A stretch of DNA of 64,000 nucleotides from Myxococcaceae bacterium (GCA_035519675.1 DATIWB010000130.1:9629-73628), one strand, 5' to 3'; shown: positions 50,904-61,809, counted from the first letter of the stretch. Translations and numbers: made by a program. The notes: generated by a model not told the origin, from the sequence alone.

Positions 50904-51887
50904 TCAGCTCTCGTCGAAGGCCGCGCAGTGCGCCGCGCCCCAGAGCGCCGCCCGGTCGTTGAGCACCACCAGCACCGGGATGGTCTCCAGGAGCGACCGC
51001 ATCCGGCCCTTGTCCAGGAACGCGTTCATGAACAGCCCATCCTGCTTGAAGCGGGGGAGGAGCTTCGGCGCGATCCCTCCGCCGAGGAAGAGCCCTCCCG
51101 TGGCGAGCATCCGCAGCGCGACGTTCCCCGCCTCCGCCCCGTAGGCCGACACGAACAGCTCCAGCGCCTCCACGCACACCGGGTCCGCCTCGTCCATCGC
51201 GCAGCGCGACACCACCGGCGCCGCGTCCCCCTTCGCGAACCGCGCGGTCAGCTCCGGCGGCTCGGGCTGGCCCGAACGCTGGCGGAGGAACCGGTAGATG
51301 CGTACCAGCCCACTGCCGGAGATGATCCGCTCGGCGCTCACCCTGCCCTTCTCCCGGGCGATGTCCTCCATGAGGTCCGCCTCGAGCCGGCTCCGCGGGG
51401 CGAAGTCCGCGTGCCCGCCCTCCGTCGCGAACGGGTGATGCCGCTGCCCGTCCCAGTACAGCCCCGCGCACCCCAGACCTGTCCCGGCGGAGAGGATCGC
51501 CTGGTTCCCGACCGCGTTCGTCGCCCCTGCCTGGAGCATGGCGAAGTCGGTGGGCCCGAGGTGCCGCAGGCCGTAGGCGTTCGCCTTGAGGTCGTTCAGC
51601 AGGGTGACCTTTGGCACCCCGAGGATGTCCGCCAGGTGCACTGCATCCACCACCCAGGGCAGGTTGGGCGTCTCGGTGCGACCGTCCTTCACCGGCCCGG
51701 CCACCCCCAGCGCCGCAGCGACGGCCGCCGGGCGCACCTCCTCGACGAAGCGCCGAACGATGGTCTCGAGATCTGGCGCCGAGCGGCTCGGATAGACGAC
51801 CTCTCTGGTCAGCAGCAGCCGCCCCGCCTGGACCTCGAACGTCGCCAGGCGGGCGTTGGTCCCGCCGATGTCCCCGGCGACGATCAC
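50904..51887 (-). CDS. glk: glucokinase
   Basis: [15 protein letters not shown]; ROK-less Glk pattern; 327 aa. Confidence 0.9.
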   Translation of the reverse strand: MIVAGDIGGTNARLATFEVQAGRLLLTREVVYPSRSAPDLETIVRRFVEEVRPAAVAAALGVAGPVKDGRTETPNLPWVVDAVHLADILGVPKVTLLNDLKANAYGLRHLGPTDFAMLQAGATNAVGNQAILSAGTGLGCAGLYWDGQRHHPFATEGGHADFAPRSRLEADLMEDIAREKGRVSAERIISGSGLVRIYRFLRQRSGQPEPPELTARFAKGDAAPVVSRCAMDEADPVCVEALELFVSAYGAEAGNVALRMLATGGLFLGGGIAPKLLPRFKQDGLFMNAFLDKGRMRSLLETIPVLVVLNDRAALWGAAHCAAFDES

Positions 51888-53416
51888 GTCCCCGAGTTCT
51901 CCCAGTGCCGGCCCTCCCGGGCGAGCAGCTCATCCGCCTCCGCCGGGCCCCAGCTGCCCGCGGCATGGTTGGGGAAGCTCCGCGGCGGCAGCGCCTTCCA
52001 GACGTCGAGGACCGGCTGCACCATCGACCAGCCCGCCTCTACCATGTCCGCGCGCTGGAAGAGCGTGGCGTCACCGATCATCGCGTCGTACAGCAGCGTC
52101 TCGTAGCCGGTGCTCGCCACCTTCCCGAAGTAGTCCACGTAGTCGAAGTCCATCTCCACCGCACCCACCGTCAGCACCGGGCCCGGCACCTTCGCCCCGA
52201 AGCGCAGCGAGATCCCCTCCTTGGGCTGGATGTGGATGTAGAGCCGGTTGGTCGTCAGCCGGTCCACCGAGGTGTGCTGGAAGAGCATCGCCGGGGCGTG
52301 CTTGAACTGGATGACGATCTGCGTGACGCGCTTCGGGAGCCGCTTCCCCGTCCGGGCGTAGAACGGCACGCCCGCCCAGCGCCAGTTGTCCACCATCAGG
52401 CGCAGGGCGACGAAGGTCTCGGTGTGGCTGTCCGGCGGGACCTTCTCCTCCTGGCGGTAGCCCGGGACCTTCTTCCCCTCCACCTCGCCCGGGCCGTACT
52501 GGCCACGCACCGCCTGGTGCAGCACTTCCTCGGGCGACAGGGGCTCGATGGAGTTGAGCAGCTTCACCTGCTCGTCCCGCACTGCGTCCGCGCTGAACGA
52601 GATCGGCGGCTCCATCCCCACCAGGCTCACCAGCTGAGCGATGTGGTTGGGGACCATGTCCCGCATCGCGCCCGCGGTGTCGTAGTAGCCGCCACGACCC
52701 TCGACGCCCAGCTCCTCGGCCACCGTGATCTGCACGTGGTCGATGTAGTTCCGGTTCCAGATGGGCTCGAACATCCCGTTCCCGAACCGGAACACCATGA
52801 GGTTCTGGACCGTCTCCTTCCCGAGGTAGTGGTCGATGCGAAAGATCTGCCGCTCGCCCACGACCGACTTGATGGTCCGGTTCAGCTCCACCGCACTGGG
52901 CAGGTCGTGCCCGAAGGGCTTCTCGATGACCACCCGGCGCCAGCGCCCATTCTCCTCCTTCGCCAGCCCGCTCTTCCCGAGGTTCTGGACGATGGGCGCG
53001 AAGAACGTGGGCGCCACCGACAGGTAGAAGAGGTAGTTCCCCGGCGTGCCCACCTGGGAGTCGGTCTTCTTCAGGAAGTCGGCCAGGCCACTGAACGACT
53101 CGGGCTTGGTCCCGTCCGCCGCGAAGTAGAAGACCCGCTCGGACAGCGCGCTCCACGCGGCCCGCATCGGCTCGGTGGAGAGCAGCTTGTCCTCCGGCTT
53201 CACCTCGTCCCGGAACTGGGCGTTGCTCATCTGCGTCCGCGCCACTCCCACCACCGCCAGGTTTCGCGGGAGGAAGCCGGCGTTCTGGAGGTTCAGGATC
53301 GCCGGGATGAGCTTCCGCTTGGTGAGATCTCCGGAGGCGCCAAAGATGATGATGACGCACGGGTCGGCGGTCCGGTTGTGCGGAGGGGTGAGCGCGGTCT
53401 CGAGCTTCTGGACCAT
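51884..53416 (-). CDS. zwf: glucose-6-phosphate dehydrogenase
   Basis: [27 protein letters not shown] motifs. Confidence 0.95.
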   Translation of the reverse strand: MVQKLETALTPPHNRTADPCVIIIFGASGDLTKRKLIPAILNLQNAGFLPRNLAVVGVARTQMSNAQFRDEVKPEDKLLSTEPMRAAWSALSERVFYFAADGTKPESFSGLADFLKKTDSQVGTPGNYLFYLSVAPTFFAPIVQNLGKSGLAKEENGRWRRVVIEKPFGHDLPSAVELNRTIKSVVGERQIFRIDHYLGKETVQNLMVFRFGNGMFEPIWNRNYIDHVQITVAEELGVEGRGGYYDTAGAMRDMVPNHIAQLVSLVGMEPPISFSADAVRDEQVKLLNSIEPLSPEEVLHQAVRGQYGPGEVEGKKVPGYRQEEKVPPDSHTETFVALRLMVDNWRWAGVPFYARTGKRLPKRVTQIVIQFKHAPAMLFQHTSVDRLTTNRLYIHIQPKEGISLRFGAKVPGPVLTVGAVEMDFDYVDYFGKVASTGYETLLYDAMIGDATLFQRADMVEAGWSMVQPVLDVWKALPPRSFPNHAAGSWGPAEADELLAREGRHWENSGT

Positions 53417-54388
53417 CTACTTGGGCTCCACGTGACCGCCGAACTGCTTCCGCATCGCCGAGAGGAGCTTCTCGGCGAAGGTGTGCTGCTGCCGCGAGCG
53501 GAAGCGGGTGTAGAGCGCTGCGGTCAGCACCTCGGCCGGCACCGCCTCGGCCACCGCCGCCTCTACCGTCCACCGGCCCTCGCCCGAGTCCTGGACGAAG
53601 CCCGAGTAAGCGTCGAGCTTCGGGTCCTCCGCCAGGGCAATGCTGGTCAGGTCCAGCAACCAGCTCGACACCACGCTGCCCCGTCGCCACAGCTCGGCGA
53701 TGTCGGCGACGTTCAGGTCGTAGCGGAGGTCCTCGGGGAGCTGCTCCGAGGCGGCGTTCTTGAAGATGTCGAACCCCTCGGCGTAGGCCTGCATCAGGCC
53801 GTACTCGATGCCGTTGTGGACCATCTTCACGAAGTGGCCCGAGCCCGACGGACCGCAGTGGAGATACCCCAGCTCCGCGGTGCTCTTGCCGTCACGGCCG
53901 GGGGTGGCCGGGATGTCGCCCTTGCCCGGGGCGAGCGTGCGGAGCACCGGCTCGATGCGCTGCACCGCCTCCTTCGGGCCGCCCACCATCAGGCAGTAGC
54001 CACGCTCCACGCCCCACACCCCGCCACTGGTTCCGGCGTCGACGTAGTGGATGCCCTTCTTGCCGACCTCCTTCGAGCGCCGGACGTCGTCCTTGAAGAA
54101 GCTGTTCCCACCGTCGATGATCGTGTCCCCGGCCTCGAGCAGCCTGGCCAGCGACTGCACCGTGTCCTCGGTGGGACCGCCGGCGGGGACCATGATCCAC
54201 ACCGCGCGCGGCTTCTGGAGCTTCGAGGCCAGCTCCTCGAGGCTCTTCGCCCCCGTGGCACCCTCCCTGGCGAAGCCCGCCACCACGTCCGCGCCCCGGT
54301 CGTACACCACGCAGCTGTGTCCGCCCTTCATCAACCGGCGGACCATGTTCCCGCCCATCCGGCCCAGGCCGATCATTCCGATCTGCAT
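53417..54388 (-). CDS. gnd: 6-phosphogluconate dehydrogenase (decarboxylating, short form)
   Basis: [19 protein letters not shown]; [14 protein letters not shown]. Confidence 0.9.
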   Translation of the reverse strand: MQIGMIGLGRMGGNMVRRLMKGGHSCVVYDRGADVVAGFAREGATGAKSLEELASKLQKPRAVWIMVPAGGPTEDTVQSLARLLEAGDTIIDGGNSFFKDDVRRSKEVGKKGIHYVDAGTSGGVWGVERGYCLMVGGPKEAVQRIEPVLRTLAPGKGDIPATPGRDGKSTAELGYLHCGPSGSGHFVKMVHNGIEYGLMQAYAEGFDIFKNAASEQLPEDLRYDLNVADIAELWRRGSVVSSWLLDLTSIALAEDPKLDAYSGFVQDSGEGRWTVEAAVAEAVPAEVLTAALYTRFRSRQQHTFAEKLLSAMRKQFGGHVEPK

Positions 54389-54447
54389 CGCTGTCGCTCC
54401 TGACTGAAGACTCCCGGTGAGGACTGCTCGTTTGTCTCAGACCGTGC

Positions 54448-55578
54448 TCACCGCTTGCCTCCGGCAGCCACCCGGGCCCCCACCGCGGCGATCAGCGCCT
54501 GGAAGCTGTCGGCGAAGGACTTGACGCCCTCGACCACCAGCTGGTCGGTGACCTCCTTCATCGAGATGCCCGCCTTCTCCAGCGCCTTCATCGTGGCGTC
54601 GGCCTCGTCCAGCCCCCGGTCCAGCGTCCGCCGGGGCTTGCCGTGGTCGCGGTAGGCGTCGAGCGTCGCCGGGGGAATGGTGTTCACCGTCTCCGGGCCG
54701 ATGAGCTCCTCGACGTAGAGCACGTCCGAGTACTTCGGATTCTTGGTCCCGGTGCTGGCCCAGAGCACCCGCTGGGTCTGGGCACCCTTGTCCGCCAGCG
54801 CCTTCCACCGCGCACCGGAGAAGAGCTCGAGGTACCGCTGGTAAGCCTGCCTGGCGTTGGCGATCGCCACCTTCCCCATCACCTGGTCGAACAGCCGCTT
54901 CTGCTCCGGCGTGGCGCCGGCCTTCTCCCGCTGGGCGATGACCTTCTCCACCAGGGTGTCGATGCGGCTGACGAAGAAGCTGGCCACCGAGGCGAGCTGG
55001 GACAGGTCCTCACCCCGCGCGGCCCGCTTCTCCAGCCCGCGGAGGTAGGCCTCCGCCACCTGGATGTAGGCCTCCTGGCTGAAGAGCAGGGTGACGTTGA
55101 CGTTGATCCCCTCGGAGATGGCCTGCTCGATGGCCGGCACGCCCTCCGGGGTCCCGGGGATCTTGATCATCACGTTGGGGACCGAGAGCGTCTTCCACAG
55201 CCGCCGGGCCTCGACCAGCGTTCCTTGGGTGTCGTGGGCCAGGGTGGGCGAGACCTCGATCGAGCAGTACCCATCGCGGTGCCGGGTCTCCTCCCACACC
55301 GGGCGGAAGATGCGAGCGGCGTCGCGGATGTCGCGGACTGCCAGCGCCTCGAAGACCTCGCCGGGGCTCGCCTTCCGGGGAGCCCACTGGGCGAAGAGAT
55401 CGTCGTAGTCCTTGCTCCCCTCCACCGCCTTCTGGAAGATGGTGGGGTTCGAGGTGAGGCCCTTGAGCGCGTCCTCCCGGATGAGCTTCTGCAGCTCTCC
55501 GCTGGTGACCAGGTCCCGCCGCATGAAGTCGAGCCAGATGCTCTGGCCCAGCTTGGCCAGCTGCTGAAGAGGATTCAT
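54448..55578 (-). CDS. tal: transaldolase (long form)
   Basis: GQSIWLDFMRRDL...TSNPTIFQKA...IKIPGT (active-site Lys region). Confidence 0.9.
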   Translation of the reverse strand: MNPLQQLAKLGQSIWLDFMRRDLVTSGELQKLIREDALKGLTSNPTIFQKAVEGSKDYDDLFAQWAPRKASPGEVFEALAVRDIRDAARIFRPVWEETRHRDGYCSIEVSPTLAHDTQGTLVEARRLWKTLSVPNVMIKIPGTPEGVPAIEQAISEGINVNVTLLFSQEAYIQVAEAYLRGLEKRAARGEDLSQLASVASFFVSRIDTLVEKVIAQREKAGATPEQKRLFDQVMGKVAIANARQAYQRYLELFSGARWKALADKGAQTQRVLWASTGTKNPKYSDVLYVEELIGPETVNTIPPATLDAYRDHGKPRRTLDRGLDEADATMKALEKAGISMKEVTDQLVVEGVKSFADSFQALIAAVGARVAAGGKR

Positions 55579-55627
55579 GGTTGCTCCTTCGACCGCCGCT
55601 CGCGGCGCTGGTGGTGGGTGACGGGCC

Positions 55628-57679
55628 TCACTTGGCCCTTCCGAGCTGCTCCTTCGCCGCCGCCACCACGTGTTCGGTGGTGAAGCCGAAGTGCTTGAGC
55701 AGGTCCTTGAGCGGAGCCGAGGCCCCGAAGCTCTTCATTCCCAGGATCTTCCCGCCGCGCCCCACGTAGGTCTCCCAGCCGAACATCGCCGCCTGCTCCA
55801 CCGCCACCCGGGCGGTGACCGCCGAGGGCAGCACCGACTCGCGGTACTCGGGCGACTGCTGCTCGAAGATTTCCCAGCAGGGCATGCTGACCGCCCGGGC
55901 ACGGATGCCCTCGGCGGCGAGGATCTCCTGGGCCTCGACGATCAACCGCACCTCGCTCCCGGTGGCCATCAGGAGCACGTCGGGCTTGCCTCCTGCGGCG
56001 TCGACCAGGACGTAGGCGCCCATCCGTACCCCGGCGGCGGGGGCGACCTTGCTCCGGTCGAAGGTGGGAACCGCCTGGCGGCTGAAGACGAGGATCGCCG
56101 GGTGGTGCTGGCTCTCCATCACCAGCCGGTAGCACTCGGTGACCTCGCTGGCGTCCCCCGGACGGAGCACCCAGAGTCCGGGGATCGCCCGCAGGGAGGG
56201 GAGGTGCTCGATCGGCTGGTGCGTCGGCCCGTCCTCCCCCAGACCGATCGAGTCATGGGTCATCACGTGGAAGGCGGGGATCTCCATGATCGCTGAGAGC
56301 CGGATCGGGGCCCGCATGTAGTCGGTGAAGGTCAGGAAGGTGCTCCCGAACGCCCGGAGCTTGCTCAGCACCATCCCGTTGACGATCGCCCCCATCGCAT
56401 GCTCGCGGACCCCGAAGTAGATGTTCCGTCCACCTGGCTCGTCCGGGGCGAGGTTCGGCTCGCCCTTGAGGGTGGTCTTGGTGGAGACGCTGAGGTCGGC
56501 CGCGCCGCCGAGGAGCCAGGGAATCCTCTTCGCCAGGGCGTTCAGCACCTGTCCCGACGACTCGCGGGTGGCCAGACCCTTGGGATCGGCAGGGAACGCC
56601 GGGAGCTCGCTGTCCCAGCCCGGCGGGAGCTCGAACCGGTCGATTCGATCCAGCTCTGCTGCCAGGTCGGGGAACTCCTTGGCATACCTCGCCCGGAGAG
56701 CCTCCCAGTCCTGCCGCAGCTTCCTTCCCCGCGCCCCGATGCCCTGCTGGTAGTGCTCGCGGACCCCGTCCGGGACCAGGAACTGCGCGTCCTCCGGCCA
56801 GCCGTAGCTCTTCTTCGCCGCCCGCACCTGGTCCTCGCCGAGCGGCTCACCATGAGCGGCGCTGGTGTCCTGCTTCTTCGGGCTCCCGTAGCCGATGTGC
56901 GAGTCGACCACGATGAACGTCGGCCGGCCCTGCTTCTTGAAGAAGGCCAGGGCCGAGGCGAGCTGACCAAGGTCGTTGGCGTCGGTGACGTGGGTGACCG
57001 CCCAGCCGTAGGCATCGAAGCGCCTGGCGACGTCCTCGCCGAAGGACAGCGCCGTCTTGCCGTCGAGCGAGACGTGGTTGTTGTCGTAGAGCCAGCAGAG
57101 GTTGGGCAGCTTCAAGTGCCCGGCGAGCGACGCCGCCTCCGAGGCGATGCCCTCCATCATGCAGCCGTCGCCCACGATGGCGTAGGCGTCGAAGTCGAAC
57201 AGCGGGAAGCCGGGCCGGTTGTAACGGGCGCCCAGCCACCTGGAGGCGATGGCCATCCCCACCGAGTTCGCCGCGCCCTGTCCGAGAGGACCGGTGGTGG
57301 CTTCGACACCGGTGGTGAGGCGGTACTCGGGATGGCCCGGAGTGCGGCCGTTCAGCTGGCGGAACTGCTTGAGGTCCTCGAGCGACACGGCCGGAGCGTC
57401 GAGCACCCGCCCCTGGTGGTCGACCTGCCGCACGCCGGTCAGGTACAGCACCGAGTACAGCAGCATCGAGGCGTGCCCGTTGGAGAGCACGAACCGGTCG
57501 CGGTTCGGCCAGGTCGGGTCCGCAGGGTCGTAGCGCAGCACGTTCTGCCAGAGCGCGTAGGCGACGGGCGCCAGCGCCATCGGCGCACCGGGGTGTCCGG
57601 AGTTCGCCTTCTGCACGGCGTCGATCGACAGCGTGCGGATGGTGTCGATCGCGAGCTTCTCGATTCCTGGCTGGGGCAC
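55628..57679 (-). CDS. tkt: transketolase
   Basis: ORF 55628..57754 trimmed to the GTG after GGAG. AVQKANSGHPG, GDGCMMEGI, HDSIGLGEDGPTHQP. Confidence 0.92.
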   Translation of the reverse strand: MPQPGIEKLAIDTIRTLSIDAVQKANSGHPGAPMALAPVAYALWQNVLRYDPADPTWPNRDRFVLSNGHASMLLYSVLYLTGVRQVDHQGRVLDAPAVSLEDLKQFRQLNGRTPGHPEYRLTTGVEATTGPLGQGAANSVGMAIASRWLGARYNRPGFPLFDFDAYAIVGDGCMMEGIASEAASLAGHLKLPNLCWLYDNNHVSLDGKTALSFGEDVARRFDAYGWAVTHVTDANDLGQLASALAFFKKQGRPTFIVVDSHIGYGSPKKQDTSAAHGEPLGEDQVRAAKKSYGWPEDAQFLVPDGVREHYQQGIGARGRKLRQDWEALRARYAKEFPDLAAELDRIDRFELPPGWDSELPAFPADPKGLATRESSGQVLNALAKRIPWLLGGAADLSVSTKTTLKGEPNLAPDEPGGRNIYFGVREHAMGAIVNGMVLSKLRAFGSTFLTFTDYMRAPIRLSAIMEIPAFHVMTHDSIGLGEDGPTHQPIEHLPSLRAIPGLWVLRPGDASEVTECYRLVMESQHHPAILVFSRQAVPTFDRSKVAPAAGVRMGAYVLVDAAGGKPDVLLMATGSEVRLIVEAQEILAAEGIRARAVSMPCWEIFEQQSPEYRESVLPSAVTARVAVEQAAMFGWETYVGRGGKILGMKSFGASAPLKDLLKHFGFTTEHVVAAAKEQLGRAK

Positions 57680-57873
57680 TGGGACTCCGGATGTGGGGAA
57701 ACGGCGCCGATAGGCCGACGCCCCGTTTCTGGCGCACCGCCGGGTCCGAAACAAGGCGCAGGTGGGTGATGGTTGGCCGAGTGGAGGGTTGCGTTACCGC
57801 TTCAACAGGCGCATCGAGGTTCGGGAGTTCCTTTCGTCGCCAGCGGGTGGCCGCGGTACACTCCGTCGAACAG

Positions 57874-60054
57874 ATGTCCGACACGCGCGCGGCCATCCGC
57901 GAGCTGCGCTCCCTCAGCGAGAAGCGAAGTACCCAGGGTCTCAGCGAGCAGGAGCGGAGCCGGCTCGCCGAGTTGCGGGAGAGGCTGGGGTTGCCCTCCG
58001 AGCCCTCAGAGGCCCGGACCGACGGCTCCCAGCCCGGCGGCGCCCCTGCGTCCGCACGCTCGCCGGCCCCCGTGGCGGCGGCCCCTGCGGGCGCGGCGGC
58101 CGACGCGGACTCCCTGCCACCCACCGCACCGGCAGCGCTCCCGCGCCTGGATGCACCGGAGGCTCCCCCATTCCCGAGGCTCGAGCCCGACGCGGAGCCC
58201 GTCCCGGTGGCCTCCGGGCAACGGGGCGCGCCCGAGCCGGAGACCGTCCCCGAGCCGCGAGCCGCGATCGAGCCCGCTGCCCCCGCGCCGGAATTCGAGC
58301 CCGGGGCGGTGGAGATGCTGGCGTCGGCGGAGGAGCTCGCCCCGCCGCTGCCCCTGCCCGACCTGGAGCTGGAGCGCCCGATGGAGGCTGGGCTGTCGGA
58401 GGCCCCGACCGATCCGGCCATCGAGCTGCGCGCCTTTGCCGAGGCGAGCTCGCCGCTGGGCGAGCCCGAGATGGCCCTGCCGACCACCACGTTGCCCGAC
58501 CTCGAAGCGCAGGGGGGACTCGGGGAGCTCGAGGCTGCGGGAGCCGGCGTCGAGGAGCCCGGGGCGCAGAGGGTCCTCGAGCCTCTCCCTCTTCCACCCG
58601 AGGAGGCCTGGACCGGCGTCGAGGCCCCCCCGGAGGAGACCGGGGCGGCGCCGCTCGATGCCCTCGCGCCTGTGGAGCAGGCCCCGCTCGAGCCCGCGCC
58701 GCCAGAGCCCCCACGGCGGCCGAGCCTCGCCGAGCGCATCGACGCCGCGGTGGAGGCCACCGAGGAGACCCGCCCGGCCGACGGTGATGCCCTGGCGTGG
58801 GGCGCGGCGCCCGAGCCGCTCGTCGCCGAGGACCTCGGGGCGACACCGCTCGACGTGGCGGACCTGGCCGGCGAGTTCAGCCCCCCCGAGGACGGGGCCC
58901 CCATCGAGCTGTCCTCGGCCGACGTGGTCCTGCTGGAGAGCGAGCCCGCCGCGGAGCTGGAGCTCGGGGGCGCGCCCGCGGACCCGGTGCCCCTCGCCGG
59001 TCTCCACGAGTTCATCGGCCAGCAGCCCGCGGATCCGCGCGCCCTCGCCTTCGAGGACCAGGGCGAGGCGCCCACCTTCGCCCCGGAGGAGCTGCAGGCC
59101 ACCGGAGCCGAGCTCGCGGCCGAGCCGCAGACCTTCCACGCCGCGCCGCTCGAGGTGCCCCCCGAGTCCGAGCCGGAGCCGCCGCCCCCGCCGGCGCCGG
59201 CCGCTCCGCGCATCGTCGTTCCCCGGCCGCCGCCAGGCCCGCCCCCATCGCGTCCTGCACCGGCGGCTGCCCCGCAACCCCGGGTGGCGCCCGTTCCACC
59301 CCGACCCACCGTGCCTCCGCCGGCATCGGCCGTGGCCTCGGCCGCGACACCTCCCCCGGCGCCGGCGCGGCCGCAGGCCCCGGAGGCCGGCACTTCGCCG
59401 GCACGTCGGAGCGGGCTCCCCCCACCGCCTCCCGCCGCGGCCTACGTGCTCGGGGACGACGGGCGGCGCCTGCCGGCGATCGCCGCGGCGGTGCCCGAGC
59501 CGCCACAGCTCGCCCACCAGTTCGGCCGGAGCGGTCCGTTCGGACGGCCGCAGGCCCTGCTGCTGACCCCCGCCCCGCTCGACGTGATGGACGGCGCCGA
59601 CGAGCTGCCGAGCGAACCCACGCCGATGCCGGCGACCGACGTGGCGACCGGGGCCGAGGTCTTCGGGGGGACCTACCTCAGCCCCACCTTCGTCGAGGGG
59701 GAGCACCGGGTGGTGCTCCACACGCTCGAGGGGCAGGTCCGCCGGGGCACGGTGAAGGACCTCGATCTGCTGGACCCCGTCATCCGGCTCGCCCAGCCCG
59801 GCCGGCCGCCGGAGGCCATCGCCGCCGAACGGGTGAAGGCCATCTTCTTCATGCAGGAGCCGGGGAGCGCCCCGCTTCCCTCGGTGGGACAGCGGATCCG
59901 TGTGGGCTTCGCCGACGGCCGGCAGATCGTCGGCTTCTCCGAGGACGTCGAGGCGGGCGAGCAGGGGTTCTTCCTCGTCCCCGCCGACACCCGCACGCAC
60001 ACCGCCCGGATCTACGTCTTCCGGGCGGGAGTGGCGTCGATCAGCGCTGCCTGA
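57874..60054 (+). CDS. Pro/Ala/Glu-rich low-complexity protein with helical N-terminus and folded about 130-aa C-terminal domain
   Basis: ORF 57691..60054. Start placed at MSDTRAAIRELRSL, with no clear Shine-Dalgarno sequence. The central ~560 aa are low-complexity P/A/E. C-terminus: HRVVLHTLEGQVRRGTVKDLD...FFLVPADTRTHTARIYVFRAGV. Confidence 0.6.
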   Translation: MSDTRAAIRELRSLSEKRSTQGLSEQERSRLAELRERLGLPSEPSEARTDGSQPGGAPASARSPAPVAAAPAGAAADADSLPPTAPAALPRLDAPEAPPFPRLEPDAEPVPVASGQRGAPEPETVPEPRAAIEPAAPAPEFEPGAVEMLASAEELAPPLPLPDLELERPMEAGLSEAPTDPAIELRAFAEASSPLGEPEMALPTTTLPDLEAQGGLGELEAAGAGVEEPGAQRVLEPLPLPPEEAWTGVEAPPEETGAAPLDALAPVEQAPLEPAPPEPPRRPSLAERIDAAVEATEETRPADGDALAWGAAPEPLVAEDLGATPLDVADLAGEFSPPEDGAPIELSSADVVLLESEPAAELELGGAPADPVPLAGLHEFIGQQPADPRALAFEDQGEAPTFAPEELQATGAELAAEPQTFHAAPLEVPPESEPEPPPPPAPAAPRIVVPRPPPGPPPSRPAPAAAPQPRVAPVPPRPTVPPPASAVASAATPPPAPARPQAPEAGTSPARRSGLPPPPPAAAYVLGDDGRRLPAIAAAVPEPPQLAHQFGRSGPFGRPQALLLTPAPLDVMDGADELPSEPTPMPATDVATGAEVFGGTYLSPTFVEGEHRVVLHTLEGQVRRGTVKDLDLLDPVIRLAQPGRPPEAIAAERVKAIFFMQEPGSAPLPSVGQRIRVGFADGRQIVGFSEDVEAGEQGFFLVPADTRTHTARIYVFRAGVASISAA

Positions 60055-60067
60055 GGCAGCCGGCGGC

Positions 60068-60658
60068 TCACTTCGAGGCGGTGGGGGGGCCCTGCTTCAC
60101 CAGCTCCATCTCCACCGTGAGGACCGCGTCCTCACCGACCATCAGGCCGCCGGCCTCGATGACCTTGTTCCAGTTCAGCCCGAAGTCCTTGCGGTTGACC
60201 TTGGTGGTCGCGGTGAGCCCACGACGCATCTTCCCCCCGGCGAGCGTCTCGGGAGTGTACTGCACGTCGAGCACCACCGGCTTGGTCACCCCGTGGATGG
60301 TCAGGTCGCCGTCGACCTTCAGGCTGTTGGCTGGCCCCTGGGTGATCTTCGTCGACTTGAAGGTGATGGTCGGGAACTTCTCGACGTCGAAGAAGTCAGG
60401 CGACTTGAGGTGGGCGTCCCGCTTCGGCTCCCGGGTGTTGATGGTGGTGGCGTCGATGGTGATCTCCGCCTTGCTCTTGCTGAGGTCCTGGTCGTCCTGC
60501 TGGATGACACCGGTGGTCTTGCCGAACTCACCCCGGACGTTGCTCACCATCATGTGCTTCACCAGGAACGAGCTCTGGGTGTGGGCAGGGTCCACGTCCC
60601 AGGTCGAGGCGACTGCGGGCAGGGCAACGAGAGCGGCGAGGGCAACGAACGAGCGCAT
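60068..60658 (-). CDS. YceI family periplasmic protein
   Basis: Signal peptide. WDVDPAHTQSSFLVKHMMVSNVRGEF...REPKRDAHLKSPDFFDVEKFPTITFKS. Confidence 0.9.
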   Translation of the reverse strand: MRSFVALAALVALPAVASTWDVDPAHTQSSFLVKHMMVSNVRGEFGKTTGVIQQDDQDLSKSKAEITIDATTINTREPKRDAHLKSPDFFDVEKFPTITFKSTKITQGPANSLKVDGDLTIHGVTKPVVLDVQYTPETLAGGKMRRGLTATTKVNRKDFGLNWNKVIEAGGLMVGEDAVLTVEMELVKQGPPTASK

Positions 60659-60760
60659 CAGGTGTCTCCGGAAGGTGAGGTTCTGCTGAACGAGAACTCG
60701 GGCTCTTGGATGCCCGCCCCGCAGTGGTGATTCAACGAATCCGTCGTGAAACAGACCGTC

Positions 60761-61519
60761 TCACTGGAGGAAACGGTCGGAATCCCGGGGCGTGTTCCGG
60801 TCCGGGCTGACCAGGGTGAGGTGCTTGCTGCGCGAGCGGAGCTGCCGCTGCAGCCTCCAGCTCTGCAGTCGGAGGAACCAGTCGGAGGGGCCACCCAGCC
60901 GCAGGTACGCCCAGGTCAGCAGCAGCGCCACCGCCGACGGAATGACGTACAGGAAGCTGGAGAACGCGCCGCTCAGGAACACGAACCCCACGCCGATCAA
61001 CGCGAACACGTTCCCGCTCACCGGCAGGCCCCAGAAGTTGGTCTGCCGCCGGCCGAAGCTCAGCCCGTAGGCGACCCACAGCGCCGAGCCCATGACGAAG
61101 CCCCCCGGGAAGGGAATGGCTCGCAGTGCCGAGACCCCCAGCGCCAGCAGCACGGTGAAGAGCCCGGCCAGCACGGTGGTGCCCACGGCGAAGAACGCCA
61201 TCCGCCGCGAGCCCCAGGTCTGCTCCAGGGCACCGCCGAGCTGCCAGAGGATGAGCGCTCCGAAGATGACTCCCATCGGGGAGTTCTCGACGAAGCCGTA
61301 GGTGAGCGGCTGCCAGACGTCGCCGCGGAGCACCAGGCCGGGAACGAGCAGGAGCAGCGATCCGAGGCCGTCGCGGGTGAGCGCGAAGACCACCGAGCCT
61401 CCGACCAGCGCCACCGCCAGCCACGCGGCGGCGCCCTGCAGACCTGGAAGGAGGGGCCGGAAGCCCCGGCGCATGGGACGCATGCCCCGAGGTCTCCACG
61501 AGCGGAGGCCGGAGCGCAA
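60761..61519 (-). CDS. rhomboid-like polytopic membrane protein (catalytic residues not evident)
   Basis: WQPLTYGFVEN...LWQLGGALEQTWGSRR resembles rhomboid TM2/L1 blocks. No clear GxSG or His. Start uncertain. Confidence 0.45.
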   Translation of the reverse strand: MRSGLRSWRPRGMRPMRRGFRPLLPGLQGAAAWLAVALVGGSVVFALTRDGLGSLLLLVPGLVLRGDVWQPLTYGFVENSPMGVIFGALILWQLGGALEQTWGSRRMAFFAVGTTVLAGLFTVLLALGVSALRAIPFPGGFVMGSALWVAYGLSFGRRQTNFWGLPVSGNVFALIGVGFVFLSGAFSSFLYVIPSAVALLLTWAYLRLGGPSDWFLRLQSWRLQRQLRSRSKHLTLVSPDRNTPRDSDRFLQ

Positions 61520-61540
61520 CCCCCCTCCGGTCCAGAACGC

Positions 61541-61756
61541 CTACCCGTTCCGGGGGGATGCTTCTCGGTGACGGTAGAAGAGGGTGATGGTCAAGCAGTG
61601 GAACTCCTTGTCGGAGCTCTGGGTCACCACCCGGTCCACCACCTCGACCCCGGGATTGTCCCGGAGCCACTTGGTGATGGTGTCACCCATGGTCTCCCGG
61701 TCTCGAGCGAGCGTCGTCGAGAACACCTTCACTCCGGTGAAGGGAACGCTGGCCAT
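61541..61756 (-). CDS. small hypothetical protein (71 aa)
   Basis: ORF 61541..61840 trimmed to MASVPFTGVKVF. Lies directly upstream of the rhomboid-like gene on the same strand. Confidence 0.45.
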   Translation of the reverse strand: MASVPFTGVKVFSTTLARDRETMGDTITKWLRDNPGVEVVDRVVTQSSDKEFHCLTITLFYRHREASPRNG

Positions 61757-61809
61757 GGGCGCGACCTTCTTACATCCGATGCGCCGGAGCGAGCAACCAG
61801 ATTGGAAAG

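Noticed and set aside
51611-54403. 930-aa forward ORF
   Set aside because: It is antisense to glk, zwf and gnd, all of which have diagnostic motifs on the reverse strand.
56847-60000. Reverse-strand ORFs of 848 aa and 664 aa across the P/A/E-rich gene
   Set aside because: I considered whether the real gene is on the minus strand. The forward frame is the only one with ordinary, non-repetitive N- and C-terminal segments. The reverse frames are Gly/Arg/Ser/Ala runs throughout, and part of 56847..59393 is out of frame with tkt.
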